The notes under the pieces are model-generated. The model was not told the DNA's origin. It saw nothing but the letters and a program-made list of their open reading frames with translations, and made no database searches. From a virus (Duplodnaviria > Caudoviricetes), in the IMG/VR virus record IMGVR_UViG_3300044695_006401: a stretch of DNA of 64,000 nt, one strand, 5' to 3'. Of the stretch, positions 42,301-50,485 are shown piece by piece. The position numbers were made by a program, and so were the translations under genes. Every line of letters starts with the position of its first letter. Position 1 is the first letter of the stretch.

Positions 42301-42470
42301 ACTGTCACATCAGGTAAGTTACTTACCGAGTAATCAACAAGAACAATTTCTGAGGCAACATTTAATATGTCAAATGAAAAAGATCCGTCTACCTTGTATG
42401 GTTCAAGATTACGAACTTGTAATTTTTTTCTGAAGTTTTCAGTCGAATTAAATGATAGTGGGCTATTCAT
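36354..42470 (-). CDS. Giant tail-tube initiator (gp48/gp54-like) fusion with N-terminal repeats and an OmpA-like insert
   Basis: Tube-like folds RIMWFPPYDLVFDE...FLGRPEPIYTYKSTERSGSL and PPICILRIGDFYHTKVVFESLDISY...PMIASISMNVKFIGG. Located after the tape measure gene. Confidence 0.6.
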   Translation of the reverse strand: MNSPLSFNSTENFRKKLQVRNLEPYKVDGSFSFDILNVASEIVLVDYSVSNLPDVTVEQKIQEERLIKQNKFNPVGGFGDTIQININKNNQSNLGNYGYKNTIGSQLETIGDTTEKLLYVQNIYGPVDFSNSFGNTIDINKNLNTTSNKGVYGYINTEGSLLETFGVQKETELIVINQYGPDQNDSRNTVVPNINKQSKPNEGHYDFSDTLGSDLEKKGRTSKEEQIVINQYGPEGQQSTQTINPNVNKQTKSNEGNYGPSDAIFSPLELEGDKMEGLLRVLNKYSPTNIQNGYGNSVLFPTLVIGSNQGDYDYVSDGPNITADQSRANAYVTNFFGPDGGFNGQVNPNTNNQTRPNSGPYSYGGSSPNLTTEQSQLISYLANVFGPEDQPNGFGPMINPNLNFQTQANQGEYDFTASAPNKTTEQSIQYNYIKNLYNTGEGTYEPLVIDELFPDTLNRPYANSDTTFSFVASSYSPFAILTSDNPNGSEGSLSNDSNLAKIAAKKLQQEFKSRVAAELYQQTVGRSILTSSTVGPPSGGIGNTPSLDPFDILGVATNNVPLIQKNFSITEPATIVGDILNFTSRIAGLYSPYSIIPGEYFDFPERNFLSQALANPIGGIGSLVSNFSNKILSANIDSGSERFLANTSRATRSLLFDQLFFNAYRPDYNFESLLNPNLSAPKPNFYIGNTKNFVRDVVSPKNELPLGKGDQPSIGPVFDYGELGKEYEGNQVNNRFFGINSRNFFDGASDTKGVIGGGSLIGNFTWTTSNNTYIKPGQPVGFNNQAVNSTNSGLDELLKNTFDKSKSSGLNLTDGSILDITQKLVDAGSRSSNKKQHVGNAINQVSKVFNDGYMEMTKGSRVFRYVTPTSVQPNPDNPVTDVQGYEYCRLFTKDRPYYTYRNLQKGKLRNNKGNIRGASYSVLDSTYNLNIAPMTGPDSTNIQNGRVKKYMFSIENLAWRTSNKPGYTVDDLPGCEIGPGGGRIMWFPPYDLVFDENTRTDWEGNTFLGRPEPIYTYKSTERSGSLKWKIVVDHPSIMNILVKRELESQNTSVATKVIDSFIAGCTEYDIYDLLKKYGSFSLNDIYQVVSTLSTESLQEVAKELPNETIQSEVTIETSVNVEQQSSGQTDTTIAEDLQTEIYQDIQLLFQEAKPGSTDTSGSYEEYYTELINAESDYSTAGINGGGNNFADKLYFYGGNAVTNAPANFSLAEYIDTRKTSISGVFSFLKQEYDTFKELLSKILTLCDSGNKIVLDVIGSANSNNNSSVNYNNSLSQRRTNSVIKTITDFTEGDLNMKDMIDKKLLEFSTSSNGDNQKINETDYRDIDCSKPFSNSTILKYSVQGMMCRRVRVGVKSQTPPPTEPVVGTNTDVTEQPDSEIPNPLAADINTLTDSQPQSESSPVVRQVKKQTLTNKLREGITKKLLRKLLSECDYFEMIREQDPMIYDGIKSRIKNFNPIFHSITPEGLNARLTFLQQCMRPGDTIPTAVETGQGGTSLVYNDVTNSAFGSPPICILRIGDFYHTKVVFESLDISYENAVYDLNPEGIGVQPMIASISMNVKFIGGHGLKEPVAQLQNALSFNYYANTEVYDERATETEELNPEFEKQLIEDIKNEAGVPPLTRPAVNDGGVTIGTITNSSFDVNTSQVIGDINYKDNMNNMISATENYISNINTTLTDLKNDLLWGGLIFYTAERKYSEGQFDWLLGAQPQVVKIFGKPVNYQSKVDLLFDQAKLDIENDLCPLIAQLTNQSFASNNSTRKVKRRLTEMVDSRKSIFLQSLEKNTSKLIQEEINFIKNSDQINFVLSQVDGYKNKRGGAVIYDISGTTEVDPTSAGAANTYDELKDDLLKIGSDLNELNDKYGTYQMIPSGSTKIYNDSFNFDVYIDSVVPQDVRFFLIFGKEILQDRNKFMDDVVSTITQDLSVSNYRSFMFANIGINAGSGSVQVGNQTTVIPNGRFSKYEKSKQTLDDNFKNFNNQYFISKFPNNKYITFNKNKTRKFTFVKQDPVNPANQQNLFDLWSTVDSTDNLFNLKKQMV

Positions 42471-42506
42471 CTATTGTTTTTTAAATAAATAGATTGAATA
42501 CTAATT

Positions 42507-44438
42507 TTATGATTCAAATCTTGTTTTAGACTTGGACAATAGATTTTTTTGACTGAATATTTCCATCACCTTATTTTTAAGGCTTCTTTGGAATTCTGCG
42601 TCTCTTGTTAGTATTTCGGCTAAAGGTCCGGATGTCAACCCTTTAACATTCAAATCAACGCTTATATTGAAATTATTATCTACCGTTTGTGTAATGTTTT
42701 GTGAAGTTTCTTGTTTTGTAACAATTTGTTGTAGGGGAAGTGTTTTTTCTTCAGGTCCTTTCAAACTTACATTTTTAGAAAGTGTATCTGAAAATGAACT
42801 TGCATTCATATATGTTTCAGTTAAAAGACCTATTTTCTTATCTAAATCGGGTGCAAAAATTGCTTGGTCGTCTTTAATAAAATCAAACATTTCACCCTTA
42901 CCTAAAGATAACATTTTTTTTCCTTCCCCAAAAAAAGCATCCTCCTGTAGGAGGTCTATAGCTTCAACCGCTTTAGGTAAATTAGCACCCTCAGTATCTG
43001 ACCTTGAGGGTTTTTGTCTATCAATTTCGCCTTTAGTATTTGAAATCATAGTTCTTAATTCGGCAGTATTTGTTAAAAGTCCTTTTGGTATGTCTTTAAG
43101 ACCGTTCGCAACATTTTGTGTTCCTTCAAATAACGATTGTTGTCCTTCCTTTATTGTAGTCAATACATTATTTCTCTCAGTTTCAGACAAACTTTTTAAC
43201 ACAACATCCCTAATTATTCTAGCATCCCTTTGCGTTGATTCTTGAACACCTAATGTTTGTTCAGCAAGTTGCCTATCTGAAAGGTCAGCTTTATCTTTAT
43301 AATCTTTTAACGCCTGTTCAAGAGCCGCAGGATTATTTTGAAGGGTTTTGACTAAATCATTAGTTTCGAATCCAGGTATTTTAAGTTCTAATTTACCTCC
43401 TTTTCCTATTTCAGTAAGGGATTTAACCAAGTTCATTGATTCTGGTGAAATTTTAGAATCAAAGCCAGCAGTAATAAGTTTGTTCGATATTGCAGTTTGT
43501 TTTGCAGCCTCTCTACCAATTTGAATGAACTTTTTGTAGTCCCCATTTATCGCTTCAACAGATGCCTTTAACCTATCTCTTTGTAGAGCATCTATCGTTA
43601 TTTCACCTGTTGCGTCATTTACCTTAAATGCTGATTCTGCAAGATTAATAAATGAATCTTGTAGTTTCCCTACATCGTTTCTTCCTGCATTTAAAAGTTG
43701 TGTGAAATTTGTTAAGTCAGAACCAAATCCGCCAATCATACTAAGTGTTTGTGCCATTTCGATAGCCTTTTCAGGGTCCAACAAATTTTCCATAGTTTGT
43801 TCACTAACTATATCCCCCAATTCAACATTCAAAGACTGAGCCTTTGCTGTCATTTGTGTTAGACCATCAACTCCACCTTTAAATGCGTATGAGTCTACTA
43901 ACTGTAAGTTCTTGTTTACATTTTGCAAAAGTTGTGAGGCATCCAATCCTGATTGTCTTGCAATTTTTGCAATCTCGGCCATTTTTTCAGCACTTTTAGT
44001 TTGTGACTTTGTCAACCTCAGAAAAGCACCTTCCATCTTACCTAACTCCTTGGTTGCCAATCCTGTTGTTTTAGAAAGGGCAACCATTTGTTTTGCCACT
44101 TCAAAACTTGGTTGTACTATTTTTCCTGATTCTGTAGCCAATTCGGACATCGCATCTGTTACATCGGTAACACTACCGCCCATTTTTACAACATCTAAAT
44201 ATGAATCAATCAATCGATTTCTAAACTGATCGGTACTCATTACAACACCACTACCAATAGTCTTTTGTAGTTTCAAAGCACTATCGTTCATAGCAGTCAA
44301 GGTTGATATACCATTCTCAAAACCTTGTGTAATTCCCTTTTTGAACGCACTTGTAAGGTTACTAACTATTTCACCATAGGAAGTACCTAACTGATCAAAT
44401 TCACTAAGTGTTGTAGTATCGTCAAAAAATAATAACAT
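42507..44438 (-). CDS. Tape measure protein
   Basis: 643-aa Ala/Leu/Lys/Glu helical protein in the canonical position (tube - chaperone - TMP - tube initiator - LysM - hub). Confidence 0.75.
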   Translation of the reverse strand: MLLFFDDTTTLSEFDQLGTSYGEIVSNLTSAFKKGITQGFENGISTLTAMNDSALKLQKTIGSGVVMSTDQFRNRLIDSYLDVVKMGGSVTDVTDAMSELATESGKIVQPSFEVAKQMVALSKTTGLATKELGKMEGAFLRLTKSQTKSAEKMAEIAKIARQSGLDASQLLQNVNKNLQLVDSYAFKGGVDGLTQMTAKAQSLNVELGDIVSEQTMENLLDPEKAIEMAQTLSMIGGFGSDLTNFTQLLNAGRNDVGKLQDSFINLAESAFKVNDATGEITIDALQRDRLKASVEAINGDYKKFIQIGREAAKQTAISNKLITAGFDSKISPESMNLVKSLTEIGKGGKLELKIPGFETNDLVKTLQNNPAALEQALKDYKDKADLSDRQLAEQTLGVQESTQRDARIIRDVVLKSLSETERNNVLTTIKEGQQSLFEGTQNVANGLKDIPKGLLTNTAELRTMISNTKGEIDRQKPSRSDTEGANLPKAVEAIDLLQEDAFFGEGKKMLSLGKGEMFDFIKDDQAIFAPDLDKKIGLLTETYMNASSFSDTLSKNVSLKGPEEKTLPLQQIVTKQETSQNITQTVDNNFNISVDLNVKGLTSGPLAEILTRDAEFQRSLKNKVMEIFSQKNLLSKSKTRFES

Positions 44439-44467
44439 ATTTTACTTTTTATAATAAATATTAAAAG

Positions 44468-44590
44468 TTAATTTTTATTGAACGACTCGATCAACTTGTC
44501 AACAAAATATCTTCTCTCGAATGTTGGCATGCTCATTATATCACTATAAGTGAAGTTGACATACTTTGCGAGATAGAAAATCTCATCCAT
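44468..44590 (-). CDS. Unannotated small ORF: tail-assembly chaperone 'T' segment (T4 gp51-like)
   Basis: MDEIFYLAKYVNFTYSDIMSMPTFERRYFVDKLIESFNKN* (40 aa) has a D-I-x-x-MP-x-x-ER pattern. The frame stays open upstream into the slippery site at 44621-44627. Confidence 0.8.
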   Translation of the reverse strand: MDEIFYLAKYVNFTYSDIMSMPTFERRYFVDKLIESFNKN

Positions 44591-44600
44591 TAAATTTAAT

Positions 44601-45359
44601 TTATGATTCGAAGAAAGGGCGAAAAAACTCAAGCCCGAAGGACAGATTAACTGTTACCTTTTCTCCTGATGGGGCCATTACACTTCTTTTAAGATCTAAT
44701 TTAGGTTCGCACTCTGTGAGGAACTTTCTAAGGAATTTAGAATCGCCAATTGGCATTTGTGTTATAAAAGATGATATTTTATTTCTGTCCGTATCACCAT
44801 TCAACTCAACAATACTTTTTTCTAACCTTCTAGTTACCACAGGAGCAACCATTCCTTGTGGGTATGATTCTGATAATTTGTCTAATTCTTTCTCATCACC
44901 TAAAGTTAACAATTTAACTTTTACATTTTGATTTGTTTTTGGTAATGTGAAACTAAAAAGTCCATCATTATCAGGTTTGTGAATGGGATCAATAATATTT
45001 ATTTCTTCTAATAATAAAGAAATATCAAATGGTTTGTTTGTAGCTGGATCAGTTACTTTTAATTTATACTCAGACCCAAATGAAGTATTTCTTAAAAAAA
45101 TTAGGATTGCCTGCACATCTACATTTAGTAGCTGATTAATGTCAAATCCAGGTTCATAAATTTTAGTTTTCATCAAAAGGGGGATTACCCCATCACTCGA
45201 TAAATTGGGTGACAACAACATGTTTTCATCACTAGCCGTTAAATACCCGACTTTCAATGCTTCCCTTTTAGGTTTATAAAATATTCCTTTAGTTGGTAAC
45301 TTCACCACATCGTGTGGTAAGTTGAAGTCCATTTGTCCATATGATTCGACTGTATTCAT
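44601..45359 (-). CDS. Tail-assembly / baseplate-hub chaperone (T4 gp26-like, lambda gpG analogue)
   Basis: DVVKLPTKGIFY...LTASDENML...DVQAILIFLRNTSFG...PIGDSKFLR...GLEFFRP. Lies between the tube and tape measure genes. Confidence 0.8.
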   Translation of the reverse strand: MNTVESYGQMDFNLPHDVVKLPTKGIFYKPKREALKVGYLTASDENMLLSPNLSSDGVIPLLMKTKIYEPGFDINQLLNVDVQAILIFLRNTSFGSEYKLKVTDPATNKPFDISLLLEEINIIDPIHKPDNDGLFSFTLPKTNQNVKVKLLTLGDEKELDKLSESYPQGMVAPVVTRRLEKSIVELNGDTDRNKISSFITQMPIGDSKFLRKFLTECEPKLDLKRSVMAPSGEKVTVNLSFGLEFFRPFFES

Positions 45360-45402
45360 AGTTTTTTATTTTAAATATACTTTACATCTATTATATGTAA
45401 AC

Positions 45403-45428
45403 AAAAAACCCACCTTGTGAGTGGGTTT
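45403..45428 (-). terminator. Terminator after the tail tube gene
   Basis: Stem aaacccac/gtgggttt with a 7-nt loop, followed by U's on the minus strand. Confidence 0.8.
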
Positions 45429-45451
45429 CGAACATAATAATATTTTTTATT

Positions 45452-45940
45452 TTAGTAAACTAATATACAACGATCAGGTCTTAATGTCGCATCAATAGTC
45501 ATGATGTCAGTCTTATCATAACCTAAGTCACCAAATTTAACATCGGTTAGGAAACAACCTTGTAATATCCACTTTTCAACCGCAACTCCTGTTGGGTCTA
45601 ACATTTCTAAATCGATGTCTTTTTTATACCCCGCAGCGTAACCCATACGACCTGTTACGGACTCAGCGTGTAAACGAACCCACTCCATTAGTGCTTGTGC
45701 AGCTGATGGTCCAATAGGGTCTCTAAACTTAACACTAATAGGTTCCCACTCGAAGTTACCAGCCACATATGTTTTAGTATTTAAAAAGGCGATATCTTTT
45801 GATTCTATTTTTATGCTTGGTCTTGATGTGCTTTCTACATACCAAGAATTGATTCCCAAAGATGTTGGGAAAGTCAATATAAATCGGTTAGCTCTTTTAG
45901 GTTCATACTGAAAGGGCATTTTCATTAACAAATCAGCCAT
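45452..45940 (-). CDS. Tail tube protein (T4 gp19-like)
   Basis: EPKRANRFIL, RPSIKI...YVAGNFEWEPISVKFRDP, WILQGCFLTDVKFGDLGY...TLRPDRC. Confidence 0.92.
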   Translation of the reverse strand: MADLLMKMPFQYEPKRANRFILTFPTSLGINSWYVESTSRPSIKIESKDIAFLNTKTYVAGNFEWEPISVKFRDPIGPSAAQALMEWVRLHAESVTGRMGYAAGYKKDIDLEMLDPTGVAVEKWILQGCFLTDVKFGDLGYDKTDIMTIDATLRPDRCILVY

Positions 45941-46052
45941 TGTTTAAATTTTTGTTTTTTCTTTTATTTTTATTATAAATATACCTTGTTTCAAATTTTT
46001 CTATTTACTTCCAAGTATTTTTAAAATATTCTTTAACTAGAAAGTTACTTAA

Positions 46053-46937
46053 TTACTTATTATATTTAACTTTTTCATCTCCTTTTGTTAGATATACGGA
46101 TATAGGAACATCTGGATATTCTTGAGACACTAAATTATCTATTGATTTTACATTACCTTCATCGTCATCTGAAAAACCGATCTGTAATATAATCTCATTA
46201 TTAGCGACACCGTTTTTGAAATAAGCTTTTTTCCCGATCTCATCAGCTAATCCTTGACAGTAACTTATGAACTTTCTCATTGCTATAATTTTTAATTTCT
46301 CAGGATTGGCAGCACTTCCTTGTCCAAAAGTTACGGGTTCATAAACACAAAGGTCCAAATATTCGTCAATTAACTCTTTGTCAGAAAAATTGACATCTAT
46401 TTGTTCGGTCACCATTTCATCTTCTGAGAAAAAATTTCGGTACTTTTTTAAGTTTTCAACTAGTAACTTACTATTGATACCGTTGTGGTTACTAACAATA
46501 AAGTTATACACACCTTCTCTTAAAGCCGAAGGGTTATGCCCTCTGGCCGTGATAATCGCAAATATTGATCCACCGTTTATACATTCAACAAAGTCATTCC
46601 ATGATGGTCCTGGTTTAGCAAGCATTGAGTCAATAACAAACCTTTTGTCACCCATTTCTTTGAAAAATTTAAATGAGTCCTTTGCAAACCCAACAACAGT
46701 AGTTCCCTTATAATAAAAGGGTTCAACTCCAATTTTGTGTCTGTGTTCTGCAAAATCTTCGGTAGACATACCGATTTCATCATCATTTTCGGTCAATACT
46801 ATAATTTGCGTTGGCATATAAACAATATTATCATCCCAATCGAATGCATAATATTTAGTGTCAGGTGTGCCTGTTTCATCAATACCCTCCGACACTATTC
46901 TGTTCAAATAGTTGTAAACATGTTTTTTTACATTCAT
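46053..46937 (-). CDS. HAD-superfamily phosphatase (PNKP-phosphatase-like motif layout)
   Basis: Motif I FDWDDN, motif II IITARG, motif III K (PEKLK), motif IV GFSDDD. Confidence 0.7.
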   Translation of the reverse strand: MNVKKHVYNYLNRIVSEGIDETGTPDTKYYAFDWDDNIVYMPTQIIVLTENDDEIGMSTEDFAEHRHKIGVEPFYYKGTTVVGFAKDSFKFFKEMGDKRFVIDSMLAKPGPSWNDFVECINGGSIFAIITARGHNPSALREGVYNFIVSNHNGINSKLLVENLKKYRNFFSEDEMVTEQIDVNFSDKELIDEYLDLCVYEPVTFGQGSAANPEKLKIIAMRKFISYCQGLADEIGKKAYFKNGVANNEIILQIGFSDDDEGNVKSIDNLVSQEYPDVPISVYLTKGDEKVKYNK

Positions 46938-47074
46938 TATTTTCTAATTTTCTTCAATAATGTGTCCAACTGAGATTCAGTTAAAATAATGTTTTGTTTT
47001 TGTGTAGAAAAAGTTTCAGGACTCATTTTCTTGTCCCCTATACTTTCTTTGATAATTTTTTTCTCTATTTTCAT
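46937..47074 (-). CDS. Unannotated 45-aa late protein
   Basis: MKIEKKIIKESIGDKKMSPETFSTQKQNIILTESQLDTLLKKIRK*. TATTTAT upstream and TAATG coupling to the HAD gene. Confidence 0.75.
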   Translation of the reverse strand: MKIEKKIIKESIGDKKMSPETFSTQKQNIILTESQLDTLLKKIRK

Positions 47075-47098
47075 AGTCTTTTAATATAAATATAATAA

Positions 47099-47118
47099 GG
47101 GGGATATTTCTATCCCCC
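47099..47118 (-). terminator. Terminator after the tail sheath gene
   Basis: Stem gggggata/tatccccc with a 4-nt loop, flanked by A/U runs. Confidence 0.7.
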
Positions 47119-47132
47119 ATTTTTATTTTCTA

Positions 47133-50100
47133 TTATACATCATCAAAAGATGCTCCTGTTGGTGTAATAACAAACTCGATGTCGATGTATTCTAATGCTC
47201 TTGTAGGTTTCAAGAATATTTTACCCGTTAAAGTATTGGAATCCAAATCTTCAGGTGTGTTAGAAACTGTAACTCTAAAGTCAATCAAACCTCGGTCTCT
47301 TCTAATTTGATCCAAAATTGGGTTTACTGAATCCAAGAAATCTTGTCTAACTTTATCATCATTTTGTTCGAACAACAATCTGATTGCCACTGCCGAAATC
47401 AATTTACGAGCTTGAAGTAATAGTCTTCTAACATTAATTCTGTCAAGCGCAGACTCTTTAATTTGTAAAGTTTTATTACCCCAAATTACTGTACCCACAT
47501 CTGAGAAAGTTGCAATTGGGTTAATTCTACCTTTGTAAAGTGTGTCTCTATCTTCTTGTGTAAGTTTTCTTCTTGCTTTGATTGAATTTACCAAACCTCT
47601 TGTATATCCTGCAGATGCGAACCAAGGGAAAGCAATATTATCAGTCAAAGCTAAGTTTCTTACAACTTCAGCCGTTGGTGGTAAATAGATTTGTGTATTG
47701 TTCACAGTATCTCTTGTTAATACCCATGGGTAGTAAGTAGCCGTGTAGTTAGAGTCAATTCCTGTCTCCTCTAAGTTGTCCACAGCTTCTTGTGGGTATA
47801 TTAAACCTTCTGACACATCATTCCATGTTGGTAAGAACATGTTAAAATCAGGAGTAGTACAAATGTAAATTGAGTCTGCTCTATCTGATTCAATTAAATC
47901 AATTGCGTCTTCAACCAAGTTAGAGTTGTTCACATAATCGATACCCGGTGTTGTAAATATATTGATGTTTACCGCTTCAGGATTATTGAAGGTTGTTTGA
48001 CCCCATTTGTAAGCGTAGTAGTCAGTGTTTGCCCAAACCTCTTGGTTAGGTCCTGAAATTTGTTTGAAAGCTCCCCATCCAGTTGCTGTTGGATAAGTTG
48101 TGGATGGAGCTGCACCAAATTTATAACCTGTTTGACCAAGTGCGTATGTATCGGCGTTTGTTCTGTATTCTCTATAGATGTCCCATCCGTCAAAACCACC
48201 CGCAGGATACAATGTAAACTTACGAGTATTCAAACGATAGTATGGGTTGTCTACATCGGTTGGTTCAGAATTAAATGACCCGACACCTACTTCGAATGCC
48301 GTTTCACCAGAAGTGTTAAATCCTGCTGCGATTGTTACCACAGTGGCCCCACTATCCATGTGGAAACCTTTAACTTGGTAGTTCCATTCAGGACCTGTAG
48401 TATCTGTTGCTATGTTCGCAGGTTGTTGTTTACCTTTGTAATCGAAGAAGTCGTAGTCAACTCCGGTGATGTTAGAAATACCTAAGTATGCCTTTCTTGG
48501 GTTTTCACCATTTGAAATTACTGAATTGTCTCCCCCTGAAGTAGATCCGAAAGGTGGGTTATAAATTAAGTCACCAGGTTTCAAATATTTAGTTTTGTAA
48601 ACAATGAATGGAGGTGTTGCATCATCATATAATCTCATGGTGTAACCCTCAAAACCACATGGTAATGCGTCTTCAGGTGCCTCATCACTCATTTCTAACA
48701 TTATATATTTTGAATTCAAGTTATATTCTCCGTTTGATGTACCAATTTTATTAGCAACAAAGTTGTTTTGAGTTGGGTCTAATGAACAGTTTGTAAAACT
48801 TTCAATTACTCTCACATTTTGATCATTATCGTAGAAATCTCTAACAAACACATCAAATGTTCTGTTGTTAAATGACATATTTGCAATTGATATTTTAACT
48901 AATCTGTTTGCCGCATTACCATCAGAAATTAATTTGAATTTAAAAAGTTTGTATACTTTATTACCCCTCAATTCAGAAACAACATATGGTGTCTCAGGAG
49001 TCTGATACTGCTCCATGTAAAACCCGATTGAGTTTGTAGCTAATGATTTAGCACTATTTAATTCAACTAAATTACAATTTAAACCTCTGACATAACCTTG
49101 TCTATAACCATTTAAAAGAAGACTACTATAAACCTCCTCAACAAATAATGGAACTTCTGTTCTGTCTTTTGCAAAATTACTTCTACCGAATACTTTAGAA
49201 ATATATTCCGAATCCGAAGTAAGCATCGACGTTTCAAAACTGAAAGTGTCAGAATCTTTTGTTGTACCGGTAATTAAGAATGTTGCATATGGGTCTGTCG
49301 ACACACCTGAGTATGCACCTGTACAAACCATACTCACATCTGTTGTGCCCGTTACTTGATAAAGTGGTCCGTTTTGTGATGAAGAATAATTGGTAATACC
49401 TCGTGATCTTAATGTTGTAACTACAACATTATCCCATGTTGTGTTTGCGGTTGCAACATAGTTACTATAGAATACAGAAACAGTACCTGAATATGTTCCT
49501 GCCGTTGCACCTGTAGTGATAGTGGCCATTGATGCGCCAAAACCATAACCCGCATAAGTACCTGTCGGTGACGCTGGAGTATAATCAAATAATGCATAGT
49601 ACCAAGCATCGTTTGTGGATGCCGAAACATTTGTAGAAGTAAACAATATACTTGGAACTCCGAAAGTTTCGGTAGATGCTGAGACCGTACCCGAACCGTT
49701 TAATGTAACACCTGTTGTTGAGTTTGCGGTTGATTGACTTACAGAACCCCAGAATTGTGAAGTTGTACCCGTAAGTGGTGATGCCGCTACATAGTATCCG
49801 AGTTGGGTGGAAATGTAGGATTGGAAATCAGCATTTAAAGATGAAGTTCCACCGTCATATTGTGTGTAAGTACTGTAAAAATCAGAACTTAATCCAGCAG
49901 GTACTGATGTGATAGTAATATTAGCACTTGATCCTGTGGTACCTGTAAACTGTACTGTTTGAGGTCCTGTACTAGTTGTTGCCGATAAAGTCGCAGGATC
50001 TATATTACCTATAGTGGTAATAGACCAAGACGGTCCAGCATCATATCCTGATAAACCTAAAACTCTTGTCACAAACAACTGATTTGATTGTTGTAAGTAA

Positions 50101-50348
50101 GATTTAGCGATATATGAAGTTTCATATTTAGGGATTTGTGTGTTAACAAATTTTTCAGGACTAGTACCACCAAAATACACTTGGTACTCATCAAAATTTG
50201 TTATAAAAATTGGTTCGAAAGCTGGACCTTGTAAAGTCTCACCCACCAAACCAAGAGTTGTTACACCCACACTCTGTGCAACAAATGTTAAATCTCTTTC
50301 AGATGTATACACACCAGGAGACACAAATACTTTTGTTGATGAAGCCAT
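47133..50348 (-). CDS. Contractile tail sheath protein (T4 gp18-like), enlarged
   Basis: FVSPGVYTSERDL, C-terminal WFASAGYTRG, LYKGRINPI, VIWGNKTL, DRINVRRLL, PTRALEYIDIEFVITPTG. Confidence 0.95.
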   Translation of the reverse strand: MASSTKVFVSPGVYTSERDLTFVAQSVGVTTLGLVGETLQGPAFEPIFITNFDEYQVYFGGTSPEKFVNTQIPKYETSYIAKSYLQQSNQLFVTRVLGLSGYDAGPSWSITTIGNIDPATLSATTSTGPQTVQFTGTTGSSANITITSVPAGLSSDFYSTYTQYDGGTSSLNADFQSYISTQLGYYVAASPLTGTTSQFWGSVSQSTANSTTGVTLNGSGTVSASTETFGVPSILFTSTNVSASTNDAWYYALFDYTPASPTGTYAGYGFGASMATITTGATAGTYSGTVSVFYSNYVATANTTWDNVVVTTLRSRGITNYSSSQNGPLYQVTGTTDVSMVCTGAYSGVSTDPYATFLITGTTKDSDTFSFETSMLTSDSEYISKVFGRSNFAKDRTEVPLFVEEVYSSLLLNGYRQGYVRGLNCNLVELNSAKSLATNSIGFYMEQYQTPETPYVVSELRGNKVYKLFKFKLISDGNAANRLVKISIANMSFNNRTFDVFVRDFYDNDQNVRVIESFTNCSLDPTQNNFVANKIGTSNGEYNLNSKYIMLEMSDEAPEDALPCGFEGYTMRLYDDATPPFIVYKTKYLKPGDLIYNPPFGSTSGGDNSVISNGENPRKAYLGISNITGVDYDFFDYKGKQQPANIATDTTGPEWNYQVKGFHMDSGATVVTIAAGFNTSGETAFEVGVGSFNSEPTDVDNPYYRLNTRKFTLYPAGGFDGWDIYREYRTNADTYALGQTGYKFGAAPSTTYPTATGWGAFKQISGPNQEVWANTDYYAYKWGQTTFNNPEAVNINIFTTPGIDYVNNSNLVEDAIDLIESDRADSIYICTTPDFNMFLPTWNDVSEGLIYPQEAVDNLEETGIDSNYTATYYPWVLTRDTVNNTQIYLPPTAEVVRNLALTDNIAFPWFASAGYTRGLVNSIKARRKLTQEDRDTLYKGRINPIATFSDVGTVIWGNKTLQIKESALDRINVRRLLLQARKLISAVAIRLLFEQNDDKVRQDFLDSVNPILDQIRRDRGLIDFRVTVSNTPEDLDSNTLTGKIFLKPTRALEYIDIEFVITPTGASFDDV

Positions 50349-50443
50349 TTTTAGTTATTAATAAATGATTTATTTTATCTATAAATACATCATCAAAAAG
50401 TAAAAAACTGACTCTGATTCTATTATTTTAAAGGAAGTATGTA

Positions 50444-50465
50444 TTTTTTCTGCCTTTTTTCTGCC
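50444..50465 (+). repeat. Perfect 11-bp tandem direct repeat (ttttttctgcc x2), candidate operator
   Basis: Located in the divergent intergenic region between the sheath gene and the RHH gene. Confidence 0.6.
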
Positions 50466-50485
50466 TAATAAAATATTTATTTCTA

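Noticed and set aside
45941-46052. tRNA or structured ncRNA in the larger intergenic gaps (also 28612-28723 and 50349-50485)
   Set aside because: They are extremely AT-rich, show no cloverleaf or T-loop GTTC arm, and are explained by promoters and terminators.
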